DNA from: a virus
Strand: one strand, 5' to 3'
DNA length: 64,000 nt
IMG/VR virus record: IMGVR_UViG_3300020045_010841
Location: 32,001 to 96,000 of that record
Position 1 is the stretch's first letter. Each line of letters begins with the position of its first letter. The position numbers were made by a program, and so were the translations under genes. Below, one piece after another: positions 55,825 through 64,000 of the stretch. The notes below the pieces were generated by a model that worked only from the letters and a program-made list of their open reading frames with translations, was not told the DNA's origin and did no database searches.

Positions 55825-56067
55825 TTAATAAATTTCGTATTGAGGTTCTGTCGATGTGTTGTTTGTTTTATCGTGGTCAATCATAATTTCTGTAATACCT
55901 CGATATCCAATAACTGAATATGACGTTCCACCAACATCTGTTATTTCAACTTGTTTACCTCGAATATCAATTTCTTTATAATTGATTTGGAAGTTATAAC
56001 CATCATAACCTTTATAGAGTATTAAATCTTCCCTAATCCAAATTTTATCACCTACTTTATATTTCAT
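55825..56067 (-). CDS. SH3-like YEIY-tag protein (paralog of 60283..60537)
   Basis: MKYKVGDKIWIREDL; ends EPQYEIY. Confidence 0.78.
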   Translation of the reverse strand: MKYKVGDKIWIREDLILYKGYDGYNFQINYKEIDIRGKQVEITDVGGTSYSVIGYRGITEIMIDHDKTNNTSTEPQYEIY

Positions 56068-56069
56068 AA

Positions 56070-56411
56070 CTATTTATTATTTAATTTATACCAAGTATTA
56101 AATTGTTCATCGGTCAATTCATCGCCATTCAATATGAATATTGTTTTATTTAATATTCGTGGTGTTGATAAGATGTATTTTAATTCAGCACACGTATAAC
56201 TAATTTTGGTTTGTAATGGGAATTTAATGTCGTCTAATACGAAATAAATCAAACTACATTCTTGACATGCTAATTTTACAACTGGTATTACCCCCCAATT
56301 AAATACTTGATCCCAATTTGATATGACTTCAGAAAAGGGGAATGTACTATGTGATGAATTAAGTGTTCGTTTGAATGTGGATGTATTATATATCCCAAGT
56401 AGTATATTCAT
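56070..56411 (-). CDS. Hypothetical protein
   Basis: 113 aa; promoter at 56426. Confidence 0.6.
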   Translation of the reverse strand: MNILLGIYNTSTFKRTLNSSHSTFPFSEVISNWDQVFNWGVIPVVKLACQECSLIYFVLDDIKFPLQTKISYTCAELKYILSTPRILNKTIFILNGDELTDEQFNTWYKLNNK

Positions 56412-56461
56412 AACTTTTTATTTGGGTAAATATACGAAAGGTCCCTTACGGGACCTATTCC

Positions 56462-57256
56462 TTATTTAATATCTTCATGATGTGTTTTGAATACACTATC
56501 TGTTTGTTTGGATAAGAATCCATATTGGAAATTGATTTGTTTACAACCAATTATTTTATTATATAAATTATTTGGTAATGTATCTAGCAATGTGTTATTT
56601 TTATTTGCAATGATTTGACATTCCTTTTCAATATTAAAATATTCCTCACGCTGCGATTCAATAAATGTGGATAAATCTTTATAAAATTCTGTGAATTCAG
56701 AATATGGTATTTGTTGGTTTTCCTGCACCCATTTCCAAGCAACTCCTGAACCGTCTTTACGATTCTCCATTATAATGGTAGTAACTTGTATAAATGTTTC
56801 TTTATTTAAATTGGTTATTTTTTCTTTCTGTAAATATGTTTTCCACATCTTATCGTAAAATCCTAACTTCTCTTGGACTTTTTGGTTATATATGTTGTGG
56901 TATTGTATCGAATGGTTATATATAAATTTGGTTTGTTTATAAAAATAAATAATACCCCAAAAGAATAAAAGTAATATAACGTATTTGATATATGACTTGT
57001 AATTGAATTTGAATGCAGCATCTTTATCATATTTATCAGAAAACCCCTCATTAAATAAATAATTCCCCACAGGAACAATAATTAATAATGCTGAAGTAAT
57101 ATAACCTACTAAATTAATAAATGTATGTAACCCCCCAAAGAGAATATAACTCCCCCCAGCTTCATCTCCTGGTAAAACCGTGTCTACATATATAGATACT
57201 ATTAAACCTAATAATAACCCAATTCCTACACTTATAATACTATTTAACTTTGTCAT
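56462..57256 (-). CDS. Membrane protein, three helices plus LemA-like soluble domain
   Basis: Three hydrophobic segments; YDKMWK..IESQR..F..P.N pattern. Confidence 0.6.
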   Translation of the reverse strand: MTKLNSIISVGIGLLLGLIVSIYVDTVLPGDEAGGSYILFGGLHTFINLVGYITSALLIIVPVGNYLFNEGFSDKYDKDAAFKFNYKSYIKYVILLLFFWGIIYFYKQTKFIYNHSIQYHNIYNQKVQEKLGFYDKMWKTYLQKEKITNLNKETFIQVTTIIMENRKDGSGVAWKWVQENQQIPYSEFTEFYKDLSTFIESQREEYFNIEKECQIIANKNNTLLDTLPNNLYNKIIGCKQINFQYGFLSKQTDSVFKTHHEDIK

Positions 57257-57273
57257 AACTATTTGTTTTTGGT

Positions 57274-57546
57274 TTATAATTTAACTGCGGTATTCATTTT
57301 AACACCAATAGGTTTGTTTAGTGTTCCGGCTGATTTGGCTCGTGATTTGTATTGGCGAGTTCCTGCCGGTACCGACTTGCCGTCTGCTCCTCGATATACA
57401 GTATCGACTAATTCATCTCGAATTTCCGTGAATTTACAATCAACTAATTTCCAACCAGCTTTACGTACGGCAGAACCAATTGTCTCTTTTTTAGATTGGA
57501 TTTGATTGTGTTTTTGGAGGGTTTTGTTTGTGATTTGAATATACAT
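57274..57546 (-). CDS. Basic hypothetical protein
   Basis: 90 aa; promoter at 57572. Confidence 0.65.
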   Translation of the reverse strand: MYIQITNKTLQKHNQIQSKKETIGSAVRKAGWKLVDCKFTEIRDELVDTVYRGADGKSVPAGTRQYKSRAKSAGTLNKPIGVKMNTAVKL

Positions 57547-57609
57547 TTCTGATATTTTAAATTATTAATATGTAAATATATGAATATTATTTTAAAAATA
57601 TATGCCTTA

Positions 57610-58145
57610 AAAATACACTTTTTACAGAAGTGTGAAACTGCTTTGCATAAAAACTTAGCACCCTCTTTCTTATTATATCTGACTAATACCAGATAGTATT
57701 GAGACGTAAATAGATAATAAGAGTAGGGTCACGCAGTATTGGGTCTTTAATATTTTAGATGTTATTTTCTGACCATATCTGTTTTGCTGAGAACTCATTT
57801 GTGTTGTGCGGCATTGACTTCCTCTTTCCACATAAACTCCGACGTTTCAACTCTCTATTGAAACAACACATCTAACATTACTGCACCAGCTCTAAGCTCA
57901 TCTCTCACCTTCAAATCTAGCATAGAATATTTTGGGTGACTGGCATCCTGTCAATTCAGGATTAGTATCTTTATGTAAATTATGGTCCATTCTCTAAATA
58001 GATTTCTTTTCCGGTTATTCTCTATTTACTAATTCCTTAGTAATTTACAAAGGTATTCAATGTTTAACCTTAGCTTCTAACAGATTATAAGTTCTGACGC
58101 TTTACACAGCTTAGCTATTTTATAATAAGTGAGATCAGTAGGGAT
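57610..58145 (-). ncRNA. Candidate ~530-nt structured ncRNA
   Basis: No ORF in the track; at least eight nested stems; terminator-like hairpin at the 3' end. Confidence 0.6.
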
Positions 58146-58151
58146 TTGATA

Positions 58152-58409
58152 TTATTGTCCAGCTAACGCTCTTTTTTCAACATATCGACGTTGTTGAGCG
58201 GATAGTTTACTTGTTTTATTCTTTACCAATTCATATTCAGATAAAATATCTTCGAATGGTACTGAATTAATCCAACGTTCTGTTGGTTTTTGCTTCAAAT
58301 AAGCAGTGATTAATTCTTCTTTGTTTGGTAAATCTTTTACCGACTCGTAAAATGGATTTGTTGGACTCATAATTAATTTATTTGATTTGTATATTGTAAT
58401 AATAAACAA
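58152..58409 (-). CDS. Hypothetical protein
   Basis: EYELVKNKTSKLSAQQRRYV motif; probable start MSPTNP. Confidence 0.65.
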   Translation of the reverse strand: MFIITIYKSNKLIMSPTNPFYESVKDLPNKEELITAYLKQKPTERWINSVPFEDILSEYELVKNKTSKLSAQQRRYVEKRALAGQ

Positions 58410-58624
58410 CCTATATATATTCCACTCTCCTTTTTGGTTAAACCTGTACCTTTAAGTAGGTATGATTGTAATTGTGGTATGCTGTTTATTTGATTAACTT
58501 GGTTTGCTACTACCATAACTGTAGCAGGACTTAAAAATTTACCTGTATTGAAAGCATCATAAGCTAAATGAGCTAATTCTTGATCTAATAATGGTTGTTT
58601 GATAATATCGGTAAGTACACACAT
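58373..58624 (-). CDS. Hypothetical protein
   Basis: 83 aa; promoter at 58662. Confidence 0.6.
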   Translation of the reverse strand: MCVLTDIIKQPLLDQELAHLAYDAFNTGKFLSPATVMVVANQVNQINSIPQLQSYLLKGTGLTKKESGIYIGCLLLQYTNQIN

Positions 58625-58697
58625 AACTATTTTATTTTAAATTAATAACTTAATCTTATATGTAAATATACGAATAATATATTATTAATCCAAGACC

Positions 58698-58937
58698 TTA
58701 ATAAATTTCGTATTGTGGTTCTTGGGTTTGCGTTCCGTAATCGACTATTATCCATATTCCCTCATTGAAATAATCGAGGATTTGACTATTATGGTAAGAA
58801 CTAGTACAAGTATCCCAACAAACATTAGAATGTTTTGCATCTATGAAAGATAGTGAATAAACTTGTTTTGCAGATCTGTGCTTGAATTTAAAACCTAATA
58901 CCTGTGATATATCAGTATATTTCATATGTTGGTTCAT
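58698..58937 (-). CDS. YEIY-tag family protein
   Basis: Ends EPQYEIY. Confidence 0.75.
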   Translation of the reverse strand: MNQHMKYTDISQVLGFKFKHRSAKQVYSLSFIDAKHSNVCWDTCTSSYHNSQILDYFNEGIWIIVDYGTQTQEPQYEIY

Positions 58938-59196
58938 TAGTTATTAATTTAATATTAGAAACAGTATTTGTTTTTAAATATGATTCAGAACCACTAGATA
59001 CACTCCACCCATATTTGTAATTAGTTCCAGATTTTTTAACAACCTCCTCCCAATAACCATTTTTATAATCATTCATTATGAAATATTTATTACCGCTAAA
59101 ATAAATTTCGGCGGATGGTATTTCTGTTCCACCAATAATACAAGATATTTCTTTACCAACTAAATCCGGTGTAATTTCAAATATTTCCATAACCAT
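58912..59196 (-). CDS. YEIY-tag family protein
   Basis: Ends EPTYEIY. Confidence 0.75.
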   Translation of the reverse strand: MVMEIFEITPDLVGKEISCIIGGTEIPSAEIYFSGNKYFIMNDYKNGYWEEVVKKSGTNYKYGWSVSSGSESYLKTNTVSNIKLITNEPTYEIY

Positions 59197-59297
59197 TTTA
59201 TTTTATTCGCCACAAAAACCGGCCATTGGCCGGTTAGTGACGATTATTTGATGTGTTGAACTTATCTGTTTTGATCCTTTCACATAATCGGGTTTTG

Positions 59298-59756
59298 TTA
59301 TTCTGCTGTACCTAAGGCACCCATCAATTTGGTGAAGAACAATCCTTTTTGATCTTCGGCACTTAAGAATGTTTTGGCTTCTGCTTCCAACGCTCTCAAT
59401 TTATCCAACTCATCTTTGTGGTTGATAATTTGGATTCTCAAGGAAATGTCTTTTTTCCAATCTGCGGCACTACCACCATCCACTACGAATTCCGGATATG
59501 ACTCAACTCCCAAATCTTTTGCGGCATTAGCATACGCTTCTGATCTTCCTTTCACAGATGAATAAGCTTTTACTAAATTGTCGACTTTGGTTTCTTTACC
59601 CAAATCTCCGAATCCGGACAATTGCATTGTTGTTTTGAATTTACTTGTTTCAATACCTTTGAATGTTTTGATCTTGTCTTGGATCGCAACCAATACGTTA
59701 GGGATTGTTAATTCAGCTCCTGTTGACAAACTTGTTGTTCCTGTACTTGTACTCAT
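59298..59756 (-). CDS. Conserved hypothetical protein
   Basis: 152 aa; promoter at 59808; terminator-like hairpin ~59217-59235. Confidence 0.75.
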   Translation of the reverse strand: MSTSTGTTSLSTGAELTIPNVLVAIQDKIKTFKGIETSKFKTTMQLSGFGDLGKETKVDNLVKAYSSVKGRSEAYANAAKDLGVESYPEFVVDGGSAADWKKDISLRIQIINHKDELDKLRALEAEAKTFLSAEDQKGLFFTKLMGALGTAE

Positions 59757-60282
59757 AATCTTTGTTTTTAATTTAATGTTAATTATTGTTTTTATTAATT
59801 CTACTTTGTAAATATACGAACTTAAATTTTTAAATCCTAATTTTTTGATGAAAATTTTAAATTTTCTTTTTTATTACTTTATGGATTTTTATTTATATAT
59901 TAACCTTATTACTTTGTAAATATACGAATTTTAAATTTAAAATCCAAATTTACTTTTAAAATAAAAATAAGTAATAAACTGCTCTGTTAGATAGACGTTT
60001 GAGCTAATGGTCTTTTTATTACTTATCTTATTTTGTAAATATACGAATTCAAATTTTAATATCAAAATTAATTTATAAAAGCTTTTTAAAATTTATTATA
60101 TTTCGGCGTTTAACACGGCGATATCGGTGTTTGTGTTTAATTTAAGTTACTCACACGGCATATCGGCTTATAACTTAATTAAGGCGAATAGTGTAACACT
60201 TTTATAAATCAAAATTTCAAATAACTTATTAACCTTTCAACCTTGTAAATATACGAATTTATATTATGAAAAACAAATTTTC

Positions 60283-60537
60283 TTAATAAATCTCGTATTG
60301 TAAACTTGGTTCGACGTTGTGTGCTGTTTTGGTGTGATCGATCATGGAATCATAAAAAGCTTTATAACCACAGCAATCATAATTAAGAATAGCGATATCG
60401 ATTTTAATTATTTCAACCAATTTACCCCTAATATCTGTTTCTCCTATCGAAATTCGATAAACGTTACCATGGTTATCAGTCCATCCTATATGAATATCGT
60501 CTCGAATCCATACTTTATCCCCTACTTTATATCTCAT
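60283..60537 (-). CDS. SH3-like YEIY-tag protein
   Basis: MRYKVGDKVWIRDD; ends EPSLQYEIY. Confidence 0.75.
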   Translation of the reverse strand: MRYKVGDKVWIRDDIHIGWTDNHGNVYRISIGETDIRGKLVEIIKIDIAILNYDCCGYKAFYDSMIDHTKTAHNVEPSLQYEIY

Positions 60538-60543
60538 GGCATG

Positions 60544-60786
60544 TTATTTAAATTCGATTGAACCTTCTAACAATCCATATCTGGATTTTTCACTGAAATA
60601 GAATTGATGAGTGATTGTATCCTCAGTTACAATCCATAAATCACCCTCTTTCCATGTTGCATTAATGAATCTGTGGTTTGGTTGTAATGTAACAACCTCT
60701 TTACCACCCCAATGTCTTGCTCTTGTATTTTCTGTACAAGATAACAATGATAATAGGACTAAACCTAAAAATAATACTTTTTTCAT
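60544..60786 (-). CDS. Lipoprotein
   Basis: MKKVLFLGLVLLSLLSC lipobox; TEN.RAR.WGG. Confidence 0.75.
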   Translation of the reverse strand: MKKVLFLGLVLLSLLSCTENTRARHWGGKEVVTLQPNHRFINATWKEGDLWIVTEDTITHQFYFSEKSRYGLLEGSIEFK

Positions 60787-60999
60787 AATCTTAATTTTGG
60801 GTAAATATACGAATAAAATATTAAATAATCTATTCCTTATTTATAAATTGTAACTTTAGGAGGGACTTGAAATGCTCTCACTTTTAACCACTCAATTAAG
60901 TTACTGTAATTCGATCTTGCGCTGTTTTTAGACATAATTGCTGTTTTAAATTATTAATTTTGGGTAAATATACGAATAATATTATAATAAATATATTCC

Positions 61000-61263
61000 T
61001 TAGAAAATTTCGTAATGACCATTAATAGCATATGATGGATCCATTTTCATTATTTGTTCATAACTAACGGGATTATTTAAAGCATATAGTTCCATACTAT
61101 TATTAGCTATAAAATCATCCTTGAAAAAATGCCCACAGTCACTATGATAAACTTCAGTATACCAGATTTCATTATATCCCAATTCTTTTACTATGTGGGA
61201 AAATTTAAAATATCCATTAACTTTTCCTTTTTGATACCAATTCCCTTTAATAAATTTAGTCAT
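61000..61263 (-). CDS. YEIY-tag family variant
   Basis: Ends GHYEIF. Confidence 0.7.
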   Translation of the reverse strand: MTKFIKGNWYQKGKVNGYFKFSHIVKELGYNEIWYTEVYHSDCGHFFKDDFIANNSMELYALNNPVSYEQIMKMDPSYAINGHYEIF

Positions 61264-61265
61264 AA

Positions 61266-61523
61266 CTAATATATTTCGTATTGAGGTTCCGTAATTATGG
61301 ACTCAATTAATTCAATTTCATTTTCTTCACAGTTCCAACAATATCCATATTTACCTTGAGGACCTGCAGAATTACCACATGAGTGACCATAATCAATATG
61401 TTGATCAAATTCTACTGCGTATCCGATATTTCCTAATTTGAATATAGTTCCTTTTTTACCACGGATATTTCTTCCTCCCATGCTTTTTACTATTACTCTA
61501 TCTCCGATTTTAAATTGTTCCAT
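61266..61523 (-). CDS. SH3-like YEIY-tag protein
   Basis: FKIGDRVIV..YAVEFD..GHSC..GYCW; ends EPQYEIY. Confidence 0.78.
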   Translation of the reverse strand: MEQFKIGDRVIVKSMGGRNIRGKKGTIFKLGNIGYAVEFDQHIDYGHSCGNSAGPQGKYGYCWNCEENEIELIESIITEPQYEIY

Positions 61524-61715
61524 AGTTATTCGGTCAATTGTTTAAGACGTTTTTCAACATCATTAATTCTATCTAGTATAATTTTTAACATATCTAAGGT
61601 ACTCATATTACTCCGGCGTTAATTTCTAATAATAACAACTCTACTTCTTCTTCGGTTTGATAACCGAATTCGGTCATATAAATACCGTCCATACTCCAAA
61701 TATCATCTTTCGTCA

Positions 61716-61997
61716 TTAGTATATTTCGTATTGAGGTTCTTGACTTACTTTTCCGATAATTTTGATGTTTTCTTCTTTACTATACTCACATCTATAACCA
61801 TATCTTCCATTATCATATAATATTTCGATATAATCACCATTTAATCCAGTTATTTCTCCTTTATCACCAATATCAGCACAATACTCACCTAATTTATTAC
61901 CAAAATCACTACTATATCCATCACAAATTGTTTTGATTCTATCCCCTATATTATAACTATATATTGATGGTGATATAATTCCACTTCCTTTTTCCAT
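61716..61997 (-). CDS. SH3-like YEIY-tag protein
   Basis: YNIGDRIK; ends EPQYEIY. Confidence 0.75.
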   Translation of the reverse strand: MEKGSGIISPSIYSYNIGDRIKTICDGYSSDFGNKLGEYCADIGDKGEITGLNGDYIEILYDNGRYGYRCEYSKEENIKIIGKVSQEPQYEIY

Positions 61998-61999
61998 AA

Positions 62000-62260
62000 C
62001 TAATATATTTCGTATTGAGGTTCTTGAATAGTTTGAGGTTGTTTTAATACTAACTCTTTGAATTCTTCAAATGTTATTTTGGTATATCCCCCCTCCCCAA
62101 TAGATGAATAATGAAGATGAGATCTATCATAATTAGGACTTACTAACCAACCTTTAAAATCAAAATCATGATCCGCGGGTAAAGTTAACCAATATTCACG
62201 AATAATAGATTTATTTTCTTTATCTATTTTTACTTGCCATTTTGGAGGTAATATTTCCAT
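62000..62260 (-). CDS. YEIY-tag family protein
   Basis: LPPKWQVK..YTKITFEEFKELVL; ends EPQYEIY. Confidence 0.75.
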   Translation of the reverse strand: MEILPPKWQVKIDKENKSIIREYWLTLPADHDFDFKGWLVSPNYDRSHLHYSSIGEGGYTKITFEEFKELVLKQPQTIQEPQYEIY

Positions 62261-62261
62261 A

Positions 62262-62615
62262 TTATTTTATATATTTATTAAACATCCATAAATCATGTTC
62301 TACAATATCAAATTTAACTTTGTCATCAATACCAAATAACTCTATAGATATTTGGGATTGTAAGGCATTAATAGTTTGTCCTCCCTTACCTATAAGTAAA
62401 CCGGGACGACCCAAAATTATTTTTATAACTAAAATACCATCTTCATTACGAACCAATATATCAGCAATTTGTAATGCAAACAGTTTATGATAATCGATGA
62501 AATAATTATCTTCATCTAATTCTGTGAAGTAACCATAAATAATTTTCGATACTTCTCTACTTCTTTCAAAAGGATTAATGAATGTATCATAAATGGATCT
62601 AAATATCTTTTTCAT
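62262..62615 (-). CDS. KH-domain protein (ribosomal protein S3 KH-like)
   Basis: IKIILGRPGLLIGKGGQTINALQ matches the S3 RPG..IGKxG..I..L motif. Confidence 0.75.
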   Translation of the reverse strand: MKKIFRSIYDTFINPFERSREVSKIIYGYFTELDEDNYFIDYHKLFALQIADILVRNEDGILVIKIILGRPGLLIGKGGQTINALQSQISIELFGIDDKVKFDIVEHDLWMFNKYIK

Positions 62616-62676
62616 AACTATTTGTTTTTATTTTACTCTGTAAATATACGAATAATATATGAGTATATTTATTCCT

Positions 62677-62922
62677 TTAATAAATTTCGTATTGTGGTTC
62701 TTGATTTAATGTCATTGTAGTTGTGGTACCATCGCTAATATCTTGAACCAATTCAAAATCAGTTATAGGGAATGATCCTCTTCCATCCTGCTTGAAATAT
62801 ATTCTTTCTCCATCACCACAAACACGTAAAATAACACGTTCAAATCCCTTATTTAATTTATTTGGATTTGGATGTTGTGTTTTTGTATCTCTTATTGCTC
62901 TTACTTTATCACCTTGTTTCAT
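62677..62922 (-). CDS. SH3-like YEIY-tag protein
   Basis: MKQGDKVRAI; ends EPQYEIY. Confidence 0.75.
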   Translation of the reverse strand: MKQGDKVRAIRDTKTQHPNPNKLNKGFERVILRVCGDGERIYFKQDGRGSFPITDFELVQDISDGTTTTMTLNQEPQYEIY

Positions 62923-62924
62923 AA

Positions 62925-63218
62925 CTAATATATTTCGTATTGAGGTTCAGTTGGTAATGTTGTTATATCATAAGGTTTACCGATTCTATCATACCCGGCT
63001 ATTTCTTGTGGTGTGGCGTAACGCCAATCCTTTAAATATCCTGTTTTATTAAAAGACATAACACGATGCCCATTCTGATCGCTTCCTTGTAAATCAATTA
63101 CTGGATACATTCCTTCATCATTTACTCTTTGTTTAAAACAATAATTGTTTTTAGCGCAATTATGCTTACCTGAATTTTCTACCTTTACTGTAACTATATA
63201 ATCTCCCTTTTTAAACAT
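62925..63218 (-). CDS. YEIY-tag family protein
   Basis: MFKKGDYIV..WRYATPQEI; ends EPQYEIY. Confidence 0.78.
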   Translation of the reverse strand: MFKKGDYIVTVKVENSGKHNCAKNNYCFKQRVNDEGMYPVIDLQGSDQNGHRVMSFNKTGYLKDWRYATPQEIAGYDRIGKPYDITTLPTEPQYEIY

Positions 63219-63221
63219 ATT

Positions 63222-63578
63222 TTATGATATATGAATTAATTTACCATCTTTATCTTCTGTTCGAGTAGTATTGAATTTACCATCTAAATATTTTAATACA
63301 TCTTCCGAATACATTTGAAATGTTAATTGGAATACTTGGAAAAATTGTTGTGCTGGTATTAATTCTCTGTTTAGTGTTTCTCCTTGTTGATTAATCCATG
63401 TTTGTGGAATATTAGGAAATTCACTTACATAATATCGATAAAACCACGTTAGGTCAAATTGTCCCGAGAGACGCATTGCTATATATTCTTCTCTCATTAG
63501 TATATTTCGTATTGAGGTTCTTGATTTACCAACTGTACTGTATTTGACCAAACACCACAACCTCCATCTCGAGGCCAT
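63222..63578 (-). CDS. Hypothetical protein (probable start MREEYI at 63497)
   Basis: The 5' extension overlaps the upstream gene. Confidence 0.6.
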   Translation of the reverse strand: MASRWRLWCLVKYSTVGKSRTSIRNILMREEYIAMRLSGQFDLTWFYRYYVSEFPNIPQTWINQQGETLNRELIPAQQFFQVFQLTFQMYSEDVLKYLDGKFNTTRTEDKDGKLIHIS

Positions 63579-63733
63579 AACACACGACTTCCATCCTCTA
63601 TGGGATTGTTCATACTTGAAATAATGAATTCATATCCTTCTTTATATCCATGTCCTCCACGATCATCACCACTATCGGAACTCCTAAATCCAGGCAAACA
63701 TCTTACTTTATCACCAATTTTAAATTCTTCCAT
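63497..63733 (-). CDS. SH3-like YEIY-tag protein
   Basis: FKIGDKVRCL; ends EPQYEIY. Confidence 0.78.
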   Translation of the reverse strand: MEEFKIGDKVRCLPGFRSSDSGDDRGGHGYKEGYEFIISSMNNPIEDGSRVLWPRDGGCGVWSNTVQLVNQEPQYEIY

Positions 63734-63735
63734 AA

Positions 63736-63933
63736 CTAATAAATTTCGTATTGTGGTTCTTCGTTAATGACTTCATAACTTTTACCGATAATATCATATT
63801 TAACTGAATATGGGTTTTGTGAAGGGAAATTATATTTATTATCTTTGATATGAATACCTATTTCATTTTTCTTTACACAACCACCATTAGGATAATTCTT
63901 TAGTGCTCTCAATTTTTTAGGCCACTCTCTCAT
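63736..63933 (-). CDS. YEIY-tag family protein (paralog of 48479..48673)
   Basis: PKKLRAL..YPNGG..YNFPSQ; ends EPQYEIY. Confidence 0.75.
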   Translation of the reverse strand: MREWPKKLRALKNYPNGGCVKKNEIGIHIKDNKYNFPSQNPYSVKYDIIGKSYEVINEEPQYEIY

Positions 63934-64000
63934 TATTTCTTAATATTAATTAGGATTTGGCTTAGTATATCTTCTTTTTTATTCAAGATAGTACCTTTAA

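Noticed and set aside
57610-58145. tmRNA as the source of the EPQYEIY tag
   Set aside because: No tRNA-Ala-like ends or tag reading frame seen; the tag is encoded in each gene.
55784-62700. Inverted ATACGAA/TTCGTAT match between tag DNA and adjacent promoters
   Set aside because: Only 7 bp, lost in TAT-GAA and GAG tag variants and absent where no promoter follows; probably coincidental.
923-63052. Plus-strand ORFs in the track (e.g. 923..1180, 13273..13692, 47889..48221, 57263..57505)
   Set aside because: Antisense shadows of minus-strand genes or tRNAs, without recognisable motifs; promoter motifs all point to the minus strand.
61261-63759. CRISPR array or integron attC interpretation of the junction repeats
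   Set aside because: The intervening sequences are whole genes of variable length, the repeat is coding, no GTTRRRY/RYYYAAC attC structure is seen, and no cas or integrase gene is in the window.
1-64000. Stop-codon reassignment (TAG/TGA recoding)
   Set aside because: Long genes are intact in the standard code, TAG and TGA terminate genes at coupled junctions, and there is no canonical suppressor tRNA.

Overview
Segment of a large, very AT-rich tailed phage genome (contractile-tail/baseplate genes, T4 gp55-like sigma factor), most likely infecting Bacteroidota: the dominant promoter TTCGTATATTTAC resembles the Bacteroidota -7 TAnnTTTG box, and a tail protein has SprB-like repeats. Essentially all genes are on the minus strand, standard code. 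Layout: 1-14.7 kb putative head-packaged proteins, RNA-repair/nucleotide enzymes, exonuclease and primase; 14.7-32 kb baseplate/tail module; 32-39 kb sigma factor and accessory enzymes; 39-45.8 kb array of 27 tRNAs covering all 20 amino acids, with HNH endonucleases and structured spacers; 46-64 kb early accessory region of small ORFs. Best candidates for undescribed systems: (1) a 40-aa leader peptide using 31 different codons (19 of 20 amino acids) whose 3' end can form an antiterminator against a terminator at the head of the tRNA array, plus two uORF/hairpin switches inside the array; (2) 15-17 diverse small proteins sharing a C-terminal EPQYEIY tag; (3) a polyprotein whose modules are separated by [L/I/M]xE-[VI]KVN[NK]P motifs, with stand-alone MKVNNP peptides; (4) several large structured noncoding RNAs. 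All calls come from manual reading of motifs and base-pairing; no database searches were run.
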